From positions 124,001-188,000 of the forward strand of contig RDEW01000010.1 of the NCBI GenBank assembly GCA_011109175.1: a DNA stretch of 64,000 nt, read 5' to 3'. Shown here piece by piece: positions 24,317 through 37,658 of the stretch. Every line of letters starts with the position of its first letter. The stretch's first letter is position 1. Made by a program: the position numbers and the translations under genes. The notes beneath the pieces were generated by a model. That model was not told where the DNA came from, ran no database searches, and worked only from the letters and a program-made list of their open reading frames with translations. Source of the stretch: Dicyema japonicum. Taxonomy: Eukaryota > Animalia > Dicyemida.

Positions 24317-27181
24317 TTATTGAAACATAATATCAAAAACTTGAGCATATTCCTTCACGAAATGAATTTTAAAGCTTGATTTAATTGTTTCATCAAGTTG
24401 AGAAAAATCACTCTCATTATCAGAGGGAAGAATTAACTCATTAATCCCCAAACGTCGCGCCGCCAAAACCTTTTCCTTGATTCCTCCAACGGGTAGCACA
24501 CACCCAGTCAGGGACAATTCCCCTGTCATGGCGACAGAATTCTTACAAGGCCTTCCCAAAGCAGAAGAAAGCATCGCGGTTGCCAGAGTGCACCCAGCAG
24601 AAGGACCGTCCTTGGGCGTGGCACCCTACAATAAAAATCAATATCAAACCTCAGGAATATGAAGATGTAACCGCCCTTTCTTAGAACCAAAGAAATCATT
24701 TCCTGGGAACTTCCTAATAAGCAGAGCCTGGGCTACTGTCAACGCAATCTCTGAGCTTTCTTTCATTACCTCCCCCATGTTTCCAGTAAGTAGCAATCGT
24801 CCTGACCCCTCTTCTAATCTCGATCGACATTCGACGTACAAAACGGCTCCACCTGAGCTTAGACACTCAAAAACAACCCACTGAGGTCCATGCGAGTCCA
24901 GTAGTAACCCCCACTGGAGTCTCGGTTCCGTAAAATGTGTTTTCAGGATATTTCACCGGCCCAATGAGATCAAAAAGATGTTCACTGGTGAGCACTTTAT
25001 GAGGAGAGGAATTGAGGATTATTTCTAAGGCAGCCTTGCGATATATACGTTCAATCGTCTGATTCAGGGTCCGTACCCCACTTTCACGTGTATAAAATCG
25101 TATCAGGGTCCTCAGTGCTTCATCTTCAACTGTCAACTGATCTGGAAGAAGCCCAGTTTCCCTTCCGATTACTGGGATCAAATGATTCTTGGCAATGTGC
25201 ATCTTCTCGTCATCCGTGTACCCACTGAGAGCGATGAGGTCCATTCTATCCCTCAGAGGGGCTGGAATCAACGAAACGTCATTGGCCGTACAAATAAACA
25301 GCAACTTTGATCTCCACTAAGCACAACCTTGTTCAAATCTATCGGAACATCCATGTAATGATCCAAGAAAGAGCTATTCTGATGAGGATCCAAGACTTCC
25401 AGAAGAGCCGAAGAAGGATCTCCCTGAAAACCTCTCCCAAGTTTGTCAATCTACATAACAGAGATCACTACCTCGTCGATTAGGACCACAGGGTTCTGAG
25501 AATTCGTCTTCTTCAAACATTGGACCAGTTTACCAGGCATGGCTCCCACATAAGTTCGTCGATGACCCTTAATTTCAGCAATGTCAGTGAGCCCGCCCAC
25601 GGAAAAACGATAATACTGTTTGTAAACCATCGAAAGGAACCTCTCTATTAAGGGCTCGTGCAATGGACCTCCCAATACTGGTTTTCCCCACCCCTGGTGG
25701 ACCGTGAAAACATAGAATCTTTCCATGAGTCGACTTCTTGAGTGTTGTTACGGCTATGAATTCAAGAATTCGTTCTTTTACATCCTTCATTCCATAATGG
25801 TCAGAATCGAGTATTTCCCGAGCTTTCACAAGATTCTCGGAATCCTGTGTGAATTTTCCCCATGGAATCGACGTCAACCAATCCAGGTAATTCCTAGTTA
25901 CTGAAAATTCCGCAGAAAAGCTCTCCAAATTTGAAAGTTTACTCAATTCTTGCTCAATCACTTCAGTGATATGCTCGGGGACCGTTAATTTTTCAATCCG
26001 TTGCTTGAATTTCTCTGACACGGAATCTTTGTCATCTTTCAGGATCCCGAGTTCACGTTTAATAGCCTTGAGCTGTTCATTGAGCATGTGAGTCCTGTTT
26101 TGGCCCTTTACTTTCTCTTCAACCTCCGTTCTGATCTTCTGCTGAAGTTGAGACACCTCCAGTTCCTTCTTGAGGAGTTCTAGGGTCAGACGTAACCGAT
26201 TTGAGATCTAGGGACTTATAAATCTCCGATACGTCGGTCTCTTCCAGGACTTTCTGCATTTCCTCGCTCTCTCCGTTCACCAAGGCCGCCCCAATATCAC
26301 TAACGTAAACGGGGTCCTGCAAAGACCGCTCCAACTTAAACCCCCCTTGAAGTATCTGAGACACAGCCTCCCTAAAAATAAGTTTATAAAAACACCGGTA
26401 AATTGGATTTAGATGAGATATCTCTCGCACTGTTTGGACGATCTCATCTATCATGGCCTTTGTTTTTAAAGTTTTCTCAAAATCTTCGTTATAAACGTTC
26501 TCGGTCTTCACCATCAAAATATTCGTGGAATCAACAGGAATCTTCCCTTTGGAGAGCCTCTTCTTCCCAGTTACAACCGAATCAGCATCCTCTGGCAAAG
26601 GATCTATGATTTTAATTCTTAGAAAGAGGCAAAAACTACCTTCGATGAGAAACCAGGAAAACCCTGAGAGAGTTATCAGCCTCGTAGACTTCAACGATAT
26701 TGCAGAATGATCCCACGTGGTAAATGTCATCTAGGCTGACTTGGTCCTCAGCGAAGCTAACTTTAGGTAACCCTCTTACTCGTCCTTTTTTAGCATGAAG
26801 ACGCCGACGAAGGGTAGATTCAAGCTCATCTTTCGACGGATCAGTTCTATTAACTTCTTGTTCTTGATCTATCAGTCTTATTATAAAAAAACTTCGATTA
26901 TTTTGATAAATCCTGGGAACATGGGACTTTTTCGGATGGTCACAAGGGGCACATGGGAAAACTCTTCGGGAATCTTTGTGGATGTCAGTCCTCCTTCAGT
27001 TTTCTGCGAGTTTTTAGAAGGTGGCTTCTTCTTTGGAGGGACGGATGAGGAAAAAAAACAATCGTGGAGGTGCACATACTAGTGGACGGACAAGAGAACT
27101 AATTCTGGGTCGTGTTGAAAACAATCTCAAATTAGCAGAAACACGGAAAATATTAGTTGCAAATCTAAACACTCTAGACAT
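24317..27181 (-). CDS. LONP1: Mitochondrial ATP-dependent Lon protease
   Basis: R/S/L-rich presequence [15 protein letters not shown], Walker [27 protein letters not shown]|IDK, catalytic PE|[11 protein letters not shown] and [10 protein letters not shown]. About ten 21-25 nt GT-AG introns (e.g. 26869-26892, 24626-24649). One N-terminal ambiguity: an 8-T run at 27051-27058 or a 49-nt intron. Confidence 0.97.
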
Positions 27182-27309
27182 GTTAAAATTGTGTAATTTA
27201 AAATTTATATTGGATAATTCAATATTTATTTTACTGATTTAATTAAAAATATATTAAACATTAAATCCTGGACTTCCTGAGCAGAAGATAAGGGCAAGTA
27301 ATCTATGAA

Positions 27310-27590
27310 ACAAGATGGAGGCTGTTTGGACACACACTCCGCCACGATATGGGGAACCCTGCCAACATAACAATTGAGGAGTATTTTGTTTTAGAGGCTT
27401 GATGACAACACTGCCGGTAATCCTAGATGAAGATCTCAGGAGGATTGGAAAGTGCCTTAAAGATCTAGATATGCTACGGAACCTGGCAACGGATCGAAAA
27501 ATATGGGAGATGTTAATTAGATTGTTAACTTTTCATGTTGCACATGCTTTGTCATGATCCTGGCATCGCGTACTTGCCTATAATAATATG
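27310..27590 (+). mobile_element. RTE-like LINE 3' end
   Basis: RLFGHTLR region, and a 3' UTR closely similar to 47070-47372, ending GCCTATAATAAT. Confidence 0.85.
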
Positions 27591-27699
27591 TGAAACATTT
27601 GATTAGAGAACGAAATAATCTAAAGATGGTAAAATCGCCAACAGAAAAAACATTAGAAAAATACGAGAACTGAACAGAGGGATCGACTAGAACATAAAG

Positions 27700-28900
27700 G
27701 CAAAAATGCAAATAATCTCCTACAAGAAGTTTTCAAAAAGAACACCAAATATTTTTAAAAAAGATTGAACCGAAACGCTCCGATGACTAGATCCTATTTA
27801 CTATCCAGGATGTCATCAGAGCAATATCCAAAGCCAACAACTCGGAGACCAAAAGACCAGACAACATAACCACATGTGAACTGAAGCACCTAGGCCATCT
27901 AGCCCTGGAACTATTAGCCTATATTTTCAACTTATCCATTAACACGAATACAATCCCTGAAATATGGAATTTTGGAAAAAAATACAAGACTCAATCTCCT
28001 TACCTTCGACCCAGCACGGATTCCGGGGTAACCATTCGACACAAACACCTCACAAGCCTCACACAATTCATTACGGAAAGATTTAACTCCCCCAAACCTC
28101 ATCAGAGGACAATACTTATAATTGTGTACATCACAAAAGCGTTCGACTCAGTCCCTAGGAAACTCCTTATAAAGAAAATATTTGAAACCAACATTCATCA
28201 GAATTTGAAACTTTGGCTTGGAAATTTTTTAAATGGAAGACGAACACAAGTATTCTGCAACAACATCAAATAAATATCTCGCTACTTTATAAATAGAGTC
28301 CCTTAAGGCTCCCATTATCACTCCAACTTTTCAATCTCTACATAAAGGACATGCCACAAACCTGTAATGAAAACTGTCTAATCCTCTCCTATGCCTACGA
28401 TATCATTCTTGCCTCCAAGGACAGAAGCATTCAATCAGCGACTCAGTCCGCTCAACAAATGCTTGAAAAACTGGAACTATGGCTCTCGAAGCGGAGACTT
28501 GACACATCAGTTACAAAGTCCTCTGTCACGCTGTTTACAACTTACAAGACAGCTCTGTATCGAACCAAAAGTCTTTATGAAGAACGAGGCTATTCCTATT
28601 AACAAAACACCGAGGATTCTGGGAGTCACTTTTGATCAGGGACTCACCTTTATCCGACATGTTGAGAACATAAATTCTGCTCTGAAAAAATGAGAATTTT
28701 AAAAGTGCTCTCAAAAACACTTAGAGAGCAAACTGGTACCCTTGTCACGATTTATGAACAATTCATCCGACCCACGGTGACATATGCAAGTCCTTCGTGG
28801 GCATTGCAGATTTCACGATCCTTCCTCACTGAAATTATCCGCAATCGAGGAGACTGCAATATAATTAATTGGACCAGAACACAAAATCCAGCCCATTGCA
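27700..28900 (+). mobile_element. Family-A LINE RT fragment
   Basis: KAFDSVPR, SYAYDIILASK, KTPRILGVTFDQGLTFIRHV, YEQFIRPTVTYASPSW. Confidence 0.88.
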
Positions 28901-29569
28901 AATTTCTTAATCGAATTACAAACGGACACTCTGAAAGGAGAATAGTTTACGGAGGTGCCCTTTATTCCATACACTATCGAAATATCTACAATCATAAAGA
29001 AATTTTAGCCGATGCCATGTCCGATGAGAAGAGCTGTTCAAGAAAACCCACGTACAGAAAATTTGATATACGCTGATTGACGTCATAAATTATGATGTTT
29101 CTTTAAACCCTTTGGTATCTGAGAAACGTTTGAAAACGTACATGGACCAGATTGAAAAGTGGTGCAGTGAAAACTTCCTTCGTAACAACTTGAAAAAGTC
29201 TGGTATGCTCGAGGATATACTGGAAGCAGGAGATGTCTAACCTAAAGAGCTTGTTTAAAAGACATACTTCGGAAGAAGACTTGAAATACCTTGGCCTCCT
29301 AATTGACGAGGGAGGTAATTTATGGAACATGCTAAAATACGAAAGAAAAAAGCTACGAACGCTCTTTACTGCGTTAGAAAATTAAAGCTCGAGGTTTCAA
29401 AAATCGCACTAAAGTATCTGGCAAATATCTTCAGAGATGACTCTGTGTTTACGGATTTTTTGGGGAGACTGTCGGAGTAGAAGTCGGTTGGCATGCCCTA
29501 CCGTTTTATACTACTTCCCCATCACTTAATTTAAAGTGTTTTTTCTTTATAATAACTTACCTTATTCTA

Positions 29570-29845
29570 TCAAGATGGCAGCTATTTGGACATATTCTTA
29601 GACTGGACCCGACTACGTCCTGTAACTGCATAACGGAAGAATATTTCTACTTCGCCAGAAGTCTGATTTACAGACAGACCAAGAAATAAACTTCCAATTC
29701 GCTTAAAAGATGATTACGAAACAACTGTCGTAAATTGGTGTTCGAATGAGGGCCAGAAACAAGATGATGTGTGCGAGGATGGTAGGAAGCAAACCATGGC
29801 TCAAGCAAAACCCTTTTAAGACTAAGCGAAAGATTACTTAACTTA
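29570..29845 (+). mobile_element. RTE-like LINE 3' end (same subfamily as 37659-40255)
   Basis: RWQLFGHILRLDP; ATGGCTCAAGC...GCGAAAG terminus with TAAC-like tail. Confidence 0.75.
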
Positions 29846-29854
29846 CTAATCCAT

Positions 29855-30168
29855 ATAATAATAATAAAGCCTTTTCACGAGAGCCATAGTATTTATAGGC
29901 AGGATACACATTTTATTTAAGTAAAGAACAGTTAATTTTAACTAATCGTAGAACCGAGGAATGATCTTCACTTATTTTTTTCTTTTTCTTGTGTAAGTGT
30001 CTTTTCTAGATAATCCAGTTCCGCAGTGAGTATCCACTGATGACGGCGTCACTCGTCAAACCCTTTCTGCATCGTAGATGCGTGGAACCTTCCACCAGGT
30101 GAACAGCAGCGCGAATCGAACCCGTAACCTAAGCCACTTAAGCCCGACACCTAACCACTATGCCACCC
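29855..30168 (-). mobile_element. tRNA-derived SINE, full-length
   Basis: GGGTGGCATAGTGGTTAGGTGTCGGGCTTAAGTGGCTTAGGTTACGGGTTCGATTC head, shared body, (TTA)n tail. Confidence 0.9.
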
Positions 30169-30222
30169 GTGGACTCAGTTAAAATTTTTTTTTAAATAAT
30201 TTTTTTAACAATTAAACAAATG

Positions 30223-30605
30223 TCAGTTGAGGAAGCCTGCTGCGTGGATTGCGAACGAGTTCCCTCGGAGTATGGCTATTCCAATCTTTTGTCTTAGCCA
30301 TAACCCTTCTCGTTGATCCTTTTTCTTTCTGGCAAGCGATCCTCCGAGTTCTCGCAAGAACTCAGCCGTCATTGGACCAACGGCTCCCGATGATTCAGTC
30401 GCAACAGGAATAAATCGGTAGCGATCCCCGAGGCAAAAATGTTTCTTGATTTTTAGGTTCTCCGCAGTCGAAGCAGCTGCTCCAGGTGTCTGAACCGATT
30501 TGAAAATATTCGTGCTTGAGAACGTGTCTACACAAGTTGCGTCCCAGACCAAAGATCTTCCAGACGTGAAGGGGAAAAGGTTCATCCCGTCAGGTCTTTT
30601 TCCAT
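30223..30605 (-). mobile_element. CRE-like RLE C-terminal fragment
   Basis: RPDGMNLFPFTSGRSLVWDATCVDT...FIPVATESSGAVG...IAILRGNS. Confidence 0.85.
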
Positions 30606-30849
30606 AAATTTTTTAGAATATTTTTAGGCGAATCTTTAACTTTTTTAGGTTTCAAATTTCACTCATAAAATGAGTCGTTTGCTAAAGGAAAGGGAAAAAC
30701 GAAAATTAGAGATTTCCTCTCTGGATTGCGAGGTAATCCGGGGGCATCTGAAAGACAATCGAGAGAACTTACATATGTGATAACCGTCTAAATGAAGAAG
30801 TGTGATAAGGTAAACTTGGATTTACTGCAAGTGGTGGCTCTGGTCCTGA

Positions 30850-33450
30850 AGAGATCAGGCCGCCAAGACCAGTGAACCAAAACATAAGGATCATGCTCGT
30901 GAATGCCCGATCAATCTTGAGGAGGCATTACAAGCTAGCTTCCTTGCCAAATGCGAAGAAGCTGATGTGATAATTGTCAACGAAACAAAAATGAAATCAT
31001 ATGAGAACACAGTACTTCCGGGTTTCGAATCGATATCTTTATACTGAAAAAAGGGGCTATACCAGGAACTGGAACATCAATTTTTTATCGGTATCATCTG
31101 AAGACAAGGAATCTTAGAATTGTTTCATCAATTTGTTGTGAGTTTGTCGCCATTCATGTTCGTTGTGTCGACGGATGGCTCGCAATTGGCGGTATGTATT
31201 CCAAATCCTTGAGGGAATGTACCGGAGATATCTCCCAGTTCTTCAGCGTAAACCCGATGGCCATACTGGGAGGTGATCTCAACTCCAAGAGCACATCCTT
31301 TAGCTGCAAGAAGATGAAGGATGACTGATGAAGCTATCTAAAGGCCTAAGTAAAAGTCCTTACATCGAAAGAGGACAACCATTTTTCTCCTACGGGGTGA
31401 CAAGCTTGGTGTCTTCTTGATTCCCCTGCTATTTCAGAATACGCCGACGTACCAATTACTCTTCCGGATATTGGCAGTGACCACATTCCATTGCTAATAT
31501 CCGTGATATGAAAATGATTAATGAACCTGGAGTCTTTGTCGGTTACGATACCAAGAATCTAAACTGGAATCACTATAGGATGTTCATTGCAAAGGAATTG
31601 ATGTTAGGGCATACCGAGCTCAAGACTCGTCTGGAATTGATAAAACAAATAAGCGAGTAACGGATCTGATATTATGCTATCTGGATAACTTTGCTAGAAA
31701 AATATACTAAAGAAACGATAATGTTGTCCCTATTCCATGGCACATCAAGAAATTGTGTTAAAAGAAATAATCTAAACTAAACTGAGGAGATGCGTAGACC
31801 CATAGGACTGCTTAGCCTTGTCTCACAAAATTGGCGAACTACAAAAGCAGTTGTCAAAAAAATTCAAAATTTGGAATGAGAATAAGTGGAACTCTCAACT
31901 AAACAAACACAATCCCTCTTTCTGGAAAGTATACCGAAGAGTGAGGAACCCAGAGTCAATCGCAAATGAGATTGTGCTCAAGAAACCGGATTCTAGTTTT
32001 TGAGACACAGCTTAAAAAGATATTTGATGTGGACGATGATGTCATAGCAAAAATGACTTGTTAAACCATTGTCAGAGAAAACAGCATTTATAGAGATCTC
32101 TCTAGAAGAGCTGAAGATAGCAATAAGAGCTGTCAAGAATAAAGCTCCGGGCAGTGATTTCATCAAAGCTAGGATGTTCAAAGAAGGCTTGAAAATCTTA
32201 TTCGAATCATTAAAGATGTGTTCAACGCATGCATAAAAATTGGCCATGTTCGCAGGAATGGAAGAAGACCATTGTACGGATGGTGGCGAAGACAGGAAGA
32301 CCGAAAAATGATCATAAAAACTACCGTCCGATCAGCCAGATTAGGTCGATCTCAAAAGTCATGGAAAAAATTATTTCTGAAGGCTTACAAATCAGCTGGA
32401 AAAAAAGATTACTTCAGAAATGATCAATTTGGTTTTCGCCTAAAACGGTCATACGGTGATTGCTTATTTCACCTCAACTCCGATTTATGCAAAGCCAGAG
32501 AATCCAAATGTCTCTGAATGTCACATGTCTCGACATATCAAAAGTTAACCACAGAGTTGACAGTAACCACAGAGTCATAATCGTCGGATATCTCGGACGG
32601 GGAGCCCAAAGGAACTAGTGAATTGGGTGAAAGTATACCTAGAAGGAAGAAAATCCTATGTTAGATGCGGACGCTATTTTTCAAATATGATATTATTGAA
32701 GAGAGGAGTCCCACAAGGATCAATTTTGAGCCCTATATTGTTTAATGTTCTAATGGCCGGTTTCCCGTCTCCGTCTACACCGAGTACGAGATCTCTGATA
32801 TACGCAGACGACGTGCTACTGTCTGATATGTAGAGATCGAGCACGTTCTCAGAGAGGAGACTCAATATGTACATGGAAGAGATAAAAGACTGGTGCTGTC
32901 TTCATGGGAAAACTGTCAGAGAAAAGTCTTGTGCAATAATGTTCTAGTCGGAATGGTGAAGTAAATCAGAAAGACTCCATATGCGGAATCAACATTGTGA
33001 GCTCCCTGAAGTATCTCGGAACAGCTATTGAGAAAACTAGGAGCACATTATGTGACTTTAAACTCAAAAGGAAGAGAGCACACCATACGTTATTGTGTAT
33101 GAGGAAATTGAGATTCGAAACGGATATGTTTTTATTTATTTTTTTCACGTACGATCATTCCATCACTCCTTTATGGACTGGAAGGATAGTATTAAACTGC
33201 ATACAAAGAGCGTTTTATCTTTCTTCTTGAAAAAGCGAAGAGAGCAGGGATCAAGATTGCCTCGCACAAAAGGCTCGACGAGAAGCTAGATGAAAATGAA
33301 AATTTGCTAGTAATGTCGATAAGAGATGCAGCAGAAAAAAGGATGGTAAACTACCTGAAAAAAGATGCCATCATTGACTCGTATGTTGCAGCACAGAATA
33401 TACGATAAGAGGTGTCTGAGAGCGCAGAAAAGATTCCAAGCGTTTGCAGG
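30850..33450 (+). mobile_element. Decayed APE-RT LINE (jockey/I-like, distinct from family A)
   Basis: IMLVNARSIL, DVIIVNETKMK, GSDHIPL, NKAPGSD, GVPQGSILSPILFNVLM, YADDV. Confidence 0.85.
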
Positions 33451-34139
33451 ATTTAAGCATGAGGCCAAATAACTCCTTTAATTTTTCCTTGCTAATAAAG
33501 TTGTTAAAGTTAATAAGTCTATTTTGAATGGAATTATATGTTCATGAAATGAATTATCAGTTAGTTAATAATTCCCCAATGTTCTTATCATACTCGTGTT
33601 CAATGTCCCAAAAATGGAGATAATTGTACGGGCTTATGGGAACCTCAATCACCAACTCACTCCTTATTTCCCACTTTCCTACAAACTAGATCACCAGAGC
33701 GTCGGTATTTGGTTTGTGTTCTTGTTAGTGACATGTTCCTTTACAGGGGGTAAATATTTATCGATCCACTCTATTGGTTAACAATATCAGCAAATACAAT
33801 AATTCTTATCTGAGAAAAGTCAGCTCACATTCCATAAATACTACATTTTTGAAAGCCACAATGAATTAATAGACTCAGGGACGCTGCAACATAGAGAAGG
33901 TATATATTTATTCACTACGTCTCGCTCTCAGAGAACGATGGTTTCCCTTAAAATCCTCATCGATGTTGCAAAGAATAAACTCAAGCATGTTGATGTAGTT
34001 AATTTACTTACCCCCAGTCACTTCAAGTGAAGGAAACAGATGGCTGACAGAAAAGTATAGCCAAAATGGACGCTCGTAGTGATCAGTCAGATGCATCCGG
34101 TGTGGCGGAGAAATAGATGATGCACCTGAACTGAGAAAA

Positions 34140-36985
34140 TATTATTATTAGCACTTTCATGAGAGCCATAATATATGTACAGCAAAAAAATATAAGAGAA
34201 AGAGTTAGCGTGTTCCAGGATTTTCTGTTCTTAGCCAGATCTCTCAGTGTGTCCAGATTCATCAGCAGATGCCAATGTTTTCTTTGTGTCTTTCAGATCT
34301 TAGTCTCCCACGATAGCGGCCTTTTGGCTAACATAGTATGTTTCCATAGATATGTTAGGTGGGGATGTTAATTCCATCCTCAGCACGTGTCCGAAGAGCT
34401 TCCATCTGGATTCCAGTACTTCTAAGCTGATAGGTCTAGTGCTGCATCTCTTATATAAAACATTTCGATATCTCAATTAGTTCCTGTTATTTTTCTCAGC
34501 TGACCTCTGTGGAACGAGTCTAGTTTTTTCATATCCGCTGATGAGGTCGCCCAAGTTCCAGCGTTATATGAAAGTACGGGTTTTATGAATGAGTCGTAAA
34601 ATAGGATTCTCATTTTCATGTCGATGCCTTTTTGATTGAGCCATAGATTCTTCAGTTTATATAACACAGCATTGGCTAGAGTTTTCCTACGTAAAATATC
34701 TTCGCTATCTCCCAAAAGTGAACCGTGTTTCTTTACTTGTCGCCACTTCTTTTCTAGGACGTTACTCACCCTTCTTATCTCTGTGAGTTCTGTTTTCTCT
34801 CTGTTCACAGTAAGAAACCATTTCCCTAGTACATCTCGTGATTTTTCTAATAGGTTTTCCAGGACCTCTTTGTCTTCAGAAATTAGGTCTACATCGTCAG
34901 CGTAGATTACTTCCTCCGTCTTTCCTTGGTATAACTGTCTAAGTTCCCTCATAGCGGTTTCCAAATAAATTGTGAATAGAGAAGAAGAGAGTCTCCTTAC
35001 GGAGTGCCCGTGTTTGTTTCAAATTTTCTTGAATAGGTCTTTCCGACTCTCACAAGGAGCTCAGTGTTAGAAAGTAGAATTCGGTCATCCTTAGACTCGA
35101 TTCATCAAGAAATCCGCTCAGTACCCCCATTAATTTGTTCCTGTTAACCGTATCAAAAGCTCTTGATAGGTCAATTCCCAGATTATTGGTGGCGTTACGG
35201 TATCTTTGATATGTTACACACCTTTATCTGTGACTCCAGACCGCATCAGCTGTGGATCTCCCTTCTCGAAAACCACTTTGACTATCTGGTAGGTATTTGT
35301 AAGCAGATCCTTTTATTCGTTCAAGCACAATGTTTGCCAAGACTTTGCGTAATGAATTTAGTAGTATGATGGGTCGCAAATTTTCGAGCGGTCCTCTGTT
35401 TTTGTTGGTTTTTTGTATGGGGATTAGTAGTCCCGTACCCAAAGGTAGAGTTGAGTTAGTTGAAAACATTTCATTTAGTAGTGTAGCGATTTTTTCAAAA
35501 AGGAGGTCAGGGCCGTATTTCAGTAATTCTGGGTTTATCGCATCTGGTCCGGGGCTGTTATTCTAGAGTTTTCGGCAGGCCGTTTTGATTTCCTCGGCCG
35601 TGATTGATATCTCCAGGGGTCTTGGTCTTCCATCAAATAAGTGGATCTCTATGGTTTTGATGTCGAAAAGCTTCTCAAAATGAGTCGCGATGGCTTCAGT
35701 TTGTTCTTTGGTGTTCAGTATCAGCTTACCGTTCTCGTCTTTTATGATGAGTCGACTTCGGTTTGTTCGCCGCAGCAAACGAGCAGCGACGTACACCTGT
35801 GCGTTGTCTTTCACTTTGTTTACTTTTCTATACAGAAAGCTATTTCTTCTAGGAAAAGCATCTTGTTCAGACTATTTATTTTTCTTCTGACACGTTGCAT
35901 TTCGCCCTGAAGGGCTTTTATCGTATTATCGTCAGTGGCATTTGATTTTCTCATTTTATTTCTTTTAAACTTTTCGCAAGCTCAGGAACATCTGGATGAA
36001 TAGCCTTCAGGTGCATTTTACTATTCTCCTTTTGCCAAGACATGCTTCAGCAGCTTCGTTGATGGTGTCCTTTGTGCGTTTCCAGGCGTCTTCTAACGTG
36101 TATCCACCAATACGTCCTGCATTAGTCTGAATGTATTGTTGATATCTCTCAGTAGTCTCCGGTTGGAAATCAGCCTTTCAGTCGCGTAGTCGCTTCTGAT
36201 TTTCTCAAATTCGTGATTTTTGCATTCTTGTATTTGATGGCATGTTTTTTCAGGGTGAAGGTCGCAATAACCATCTTGTGGTCGCTGACAGTCGTCGAGC
36301 CTTCATATGAACGTGCGTTTACTAGAAGGTGTTTGTCTTTAGCATATGACATAATCTATTTGGTTGTATATTGGGACCATCTTACCCTCTGAGTTCCTCG
36401 CTTCCCCATCCACGTAGTTTTATGGCAGGCATGTGGCAGGCATGATGCGTAAATGCAGTATTACATAGGAAAAGGTTGTTTGCCATACAAAAGTGACCAA
36501 GTATTGAGTAGAAGTCGTCTAGTTCTGTCGGATCTTCCGCTATTCTCCCGCAGTGTGACGCATAAAGATTTATTATTGTCAGAAAGATCTTTGAAGGAGG
36601 TAAGTCGTTTAGACAGATTTGTATAACACAGATCGTGTCATTCACACTCCATATACGGTGGACTGCACTTGTCAAATTTGATTGGATGGCAAATCCGAGT
36701 CCATAATGTTTTGAGTCGCTCGGCTGACATATAATTCGATATTCGCCATAGTTCTCATCTCGGCTACAAGTAACTTTCGTCTTTTGTAGGCACCCAATAG
36801 ATACGTCGTATCTCTCCAGGTCGTCACAGAGAATCTTCCTCGACCATGTTGTAGATAAGCCTCTAGCATTGAACGTAAGGACCTTTAGACGAAATCCATC
36901 CCTTTGTATCCATTGCCTTTTAGACATTTTTCACAATTGCGATCCAATCAAGAAACGAGACACGTCACCACCTCACCAAAAAATC
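34140..36985 (-). mobile_element. RTE-like LINE with both ends, partly deleted
   Basis: 5' leader TTTTGGTGAGGTGGTGACGTG; LTFNARGL (APE); SDHKMV; LRPIILLNSLRK; YADDVDL; HGSLLGD; 3' end ATTATGGCTCTCATGAAAGTGC(TAA)n. Confidence 0.9.
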
Positions 36986-36999
36986 ACATTATTAGAATA

Positions 37000-37658
37000 T
37001 TTTTATTTTATTTAACACCCAAGACCACGGTAAAACCAAAACAACTATCACGTAATCCCGATGCGTTCCGCCAAAATCCTCATTCTTTCTCGGTGCTCCT
37101 CCCTTGTACCCACACAAGCTCGTACTGGCCGCCTGACTGTATTTGCAGGGCCACCTTCCCGCATTCCGGAGTTTTGTTTAATGAGGGCCTCCAGAGTAGT
37201 CGGTCCGGTTCTGTGTCTCCCATAAGACCACCGCTCCGTCATTCTGAAAGCTTTCTTTTGAGCGTCCTCGATTTTCTTAGTGTTCGTCCATGATAATGAA
37301 GGTCTCCACGAAGCACACGCGTACGAGAAGCATGGTTCGATGTATTGCTTGCAAATGTTCATCAAGACTGGGTGGGTACCTGTCTTGCACATTCCAGATA
37401 AACATTTTAATACATTAATCCTCTTCTCGCACTTCAGAACAATGTTTGCCACGTGTGGTGACAAACATAAGTGAGTATCCAGTGTCACGCCCAGGATCTA
37501 CTGACATTTACTGAAGGGGATTTCAATGTTGTCCAATTTTAACTTGACAGTCATCTTCCCCAACCTTTTGTCCGAAGTAAACATAGACGTGACCGACTTT
37601 CTGGAATTTATCGTGAGTCGGTTCTTCATTACCCAGGCGTTGAGTCGGTCCAGAATAT
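37000..37658 (-). mobile_element. 5'-truncated family-A LINE (host of the RTE insertion)
   Basis: DRLNAWVMKNRLTINSRKSVTSMF...LGVTLDTHLCLSPHVANIVLKCEKRINVLK; family-A 3' terminus at ~37010. Confidence 0.88.

Noticed and set aside
24317-27181. Bacterial Lon, or contamination
   Set aside because: It has a mitochondrial-type presequence and about ten GT-AG introns.
30037-30060. Hammerhead ribozyme in the SINE (CTGATGA on the antisense strand)
   Set aside because: The required GAAA core after stem II is absent (reads GTCAAA), and no stem I/III with an NUH site is evident.
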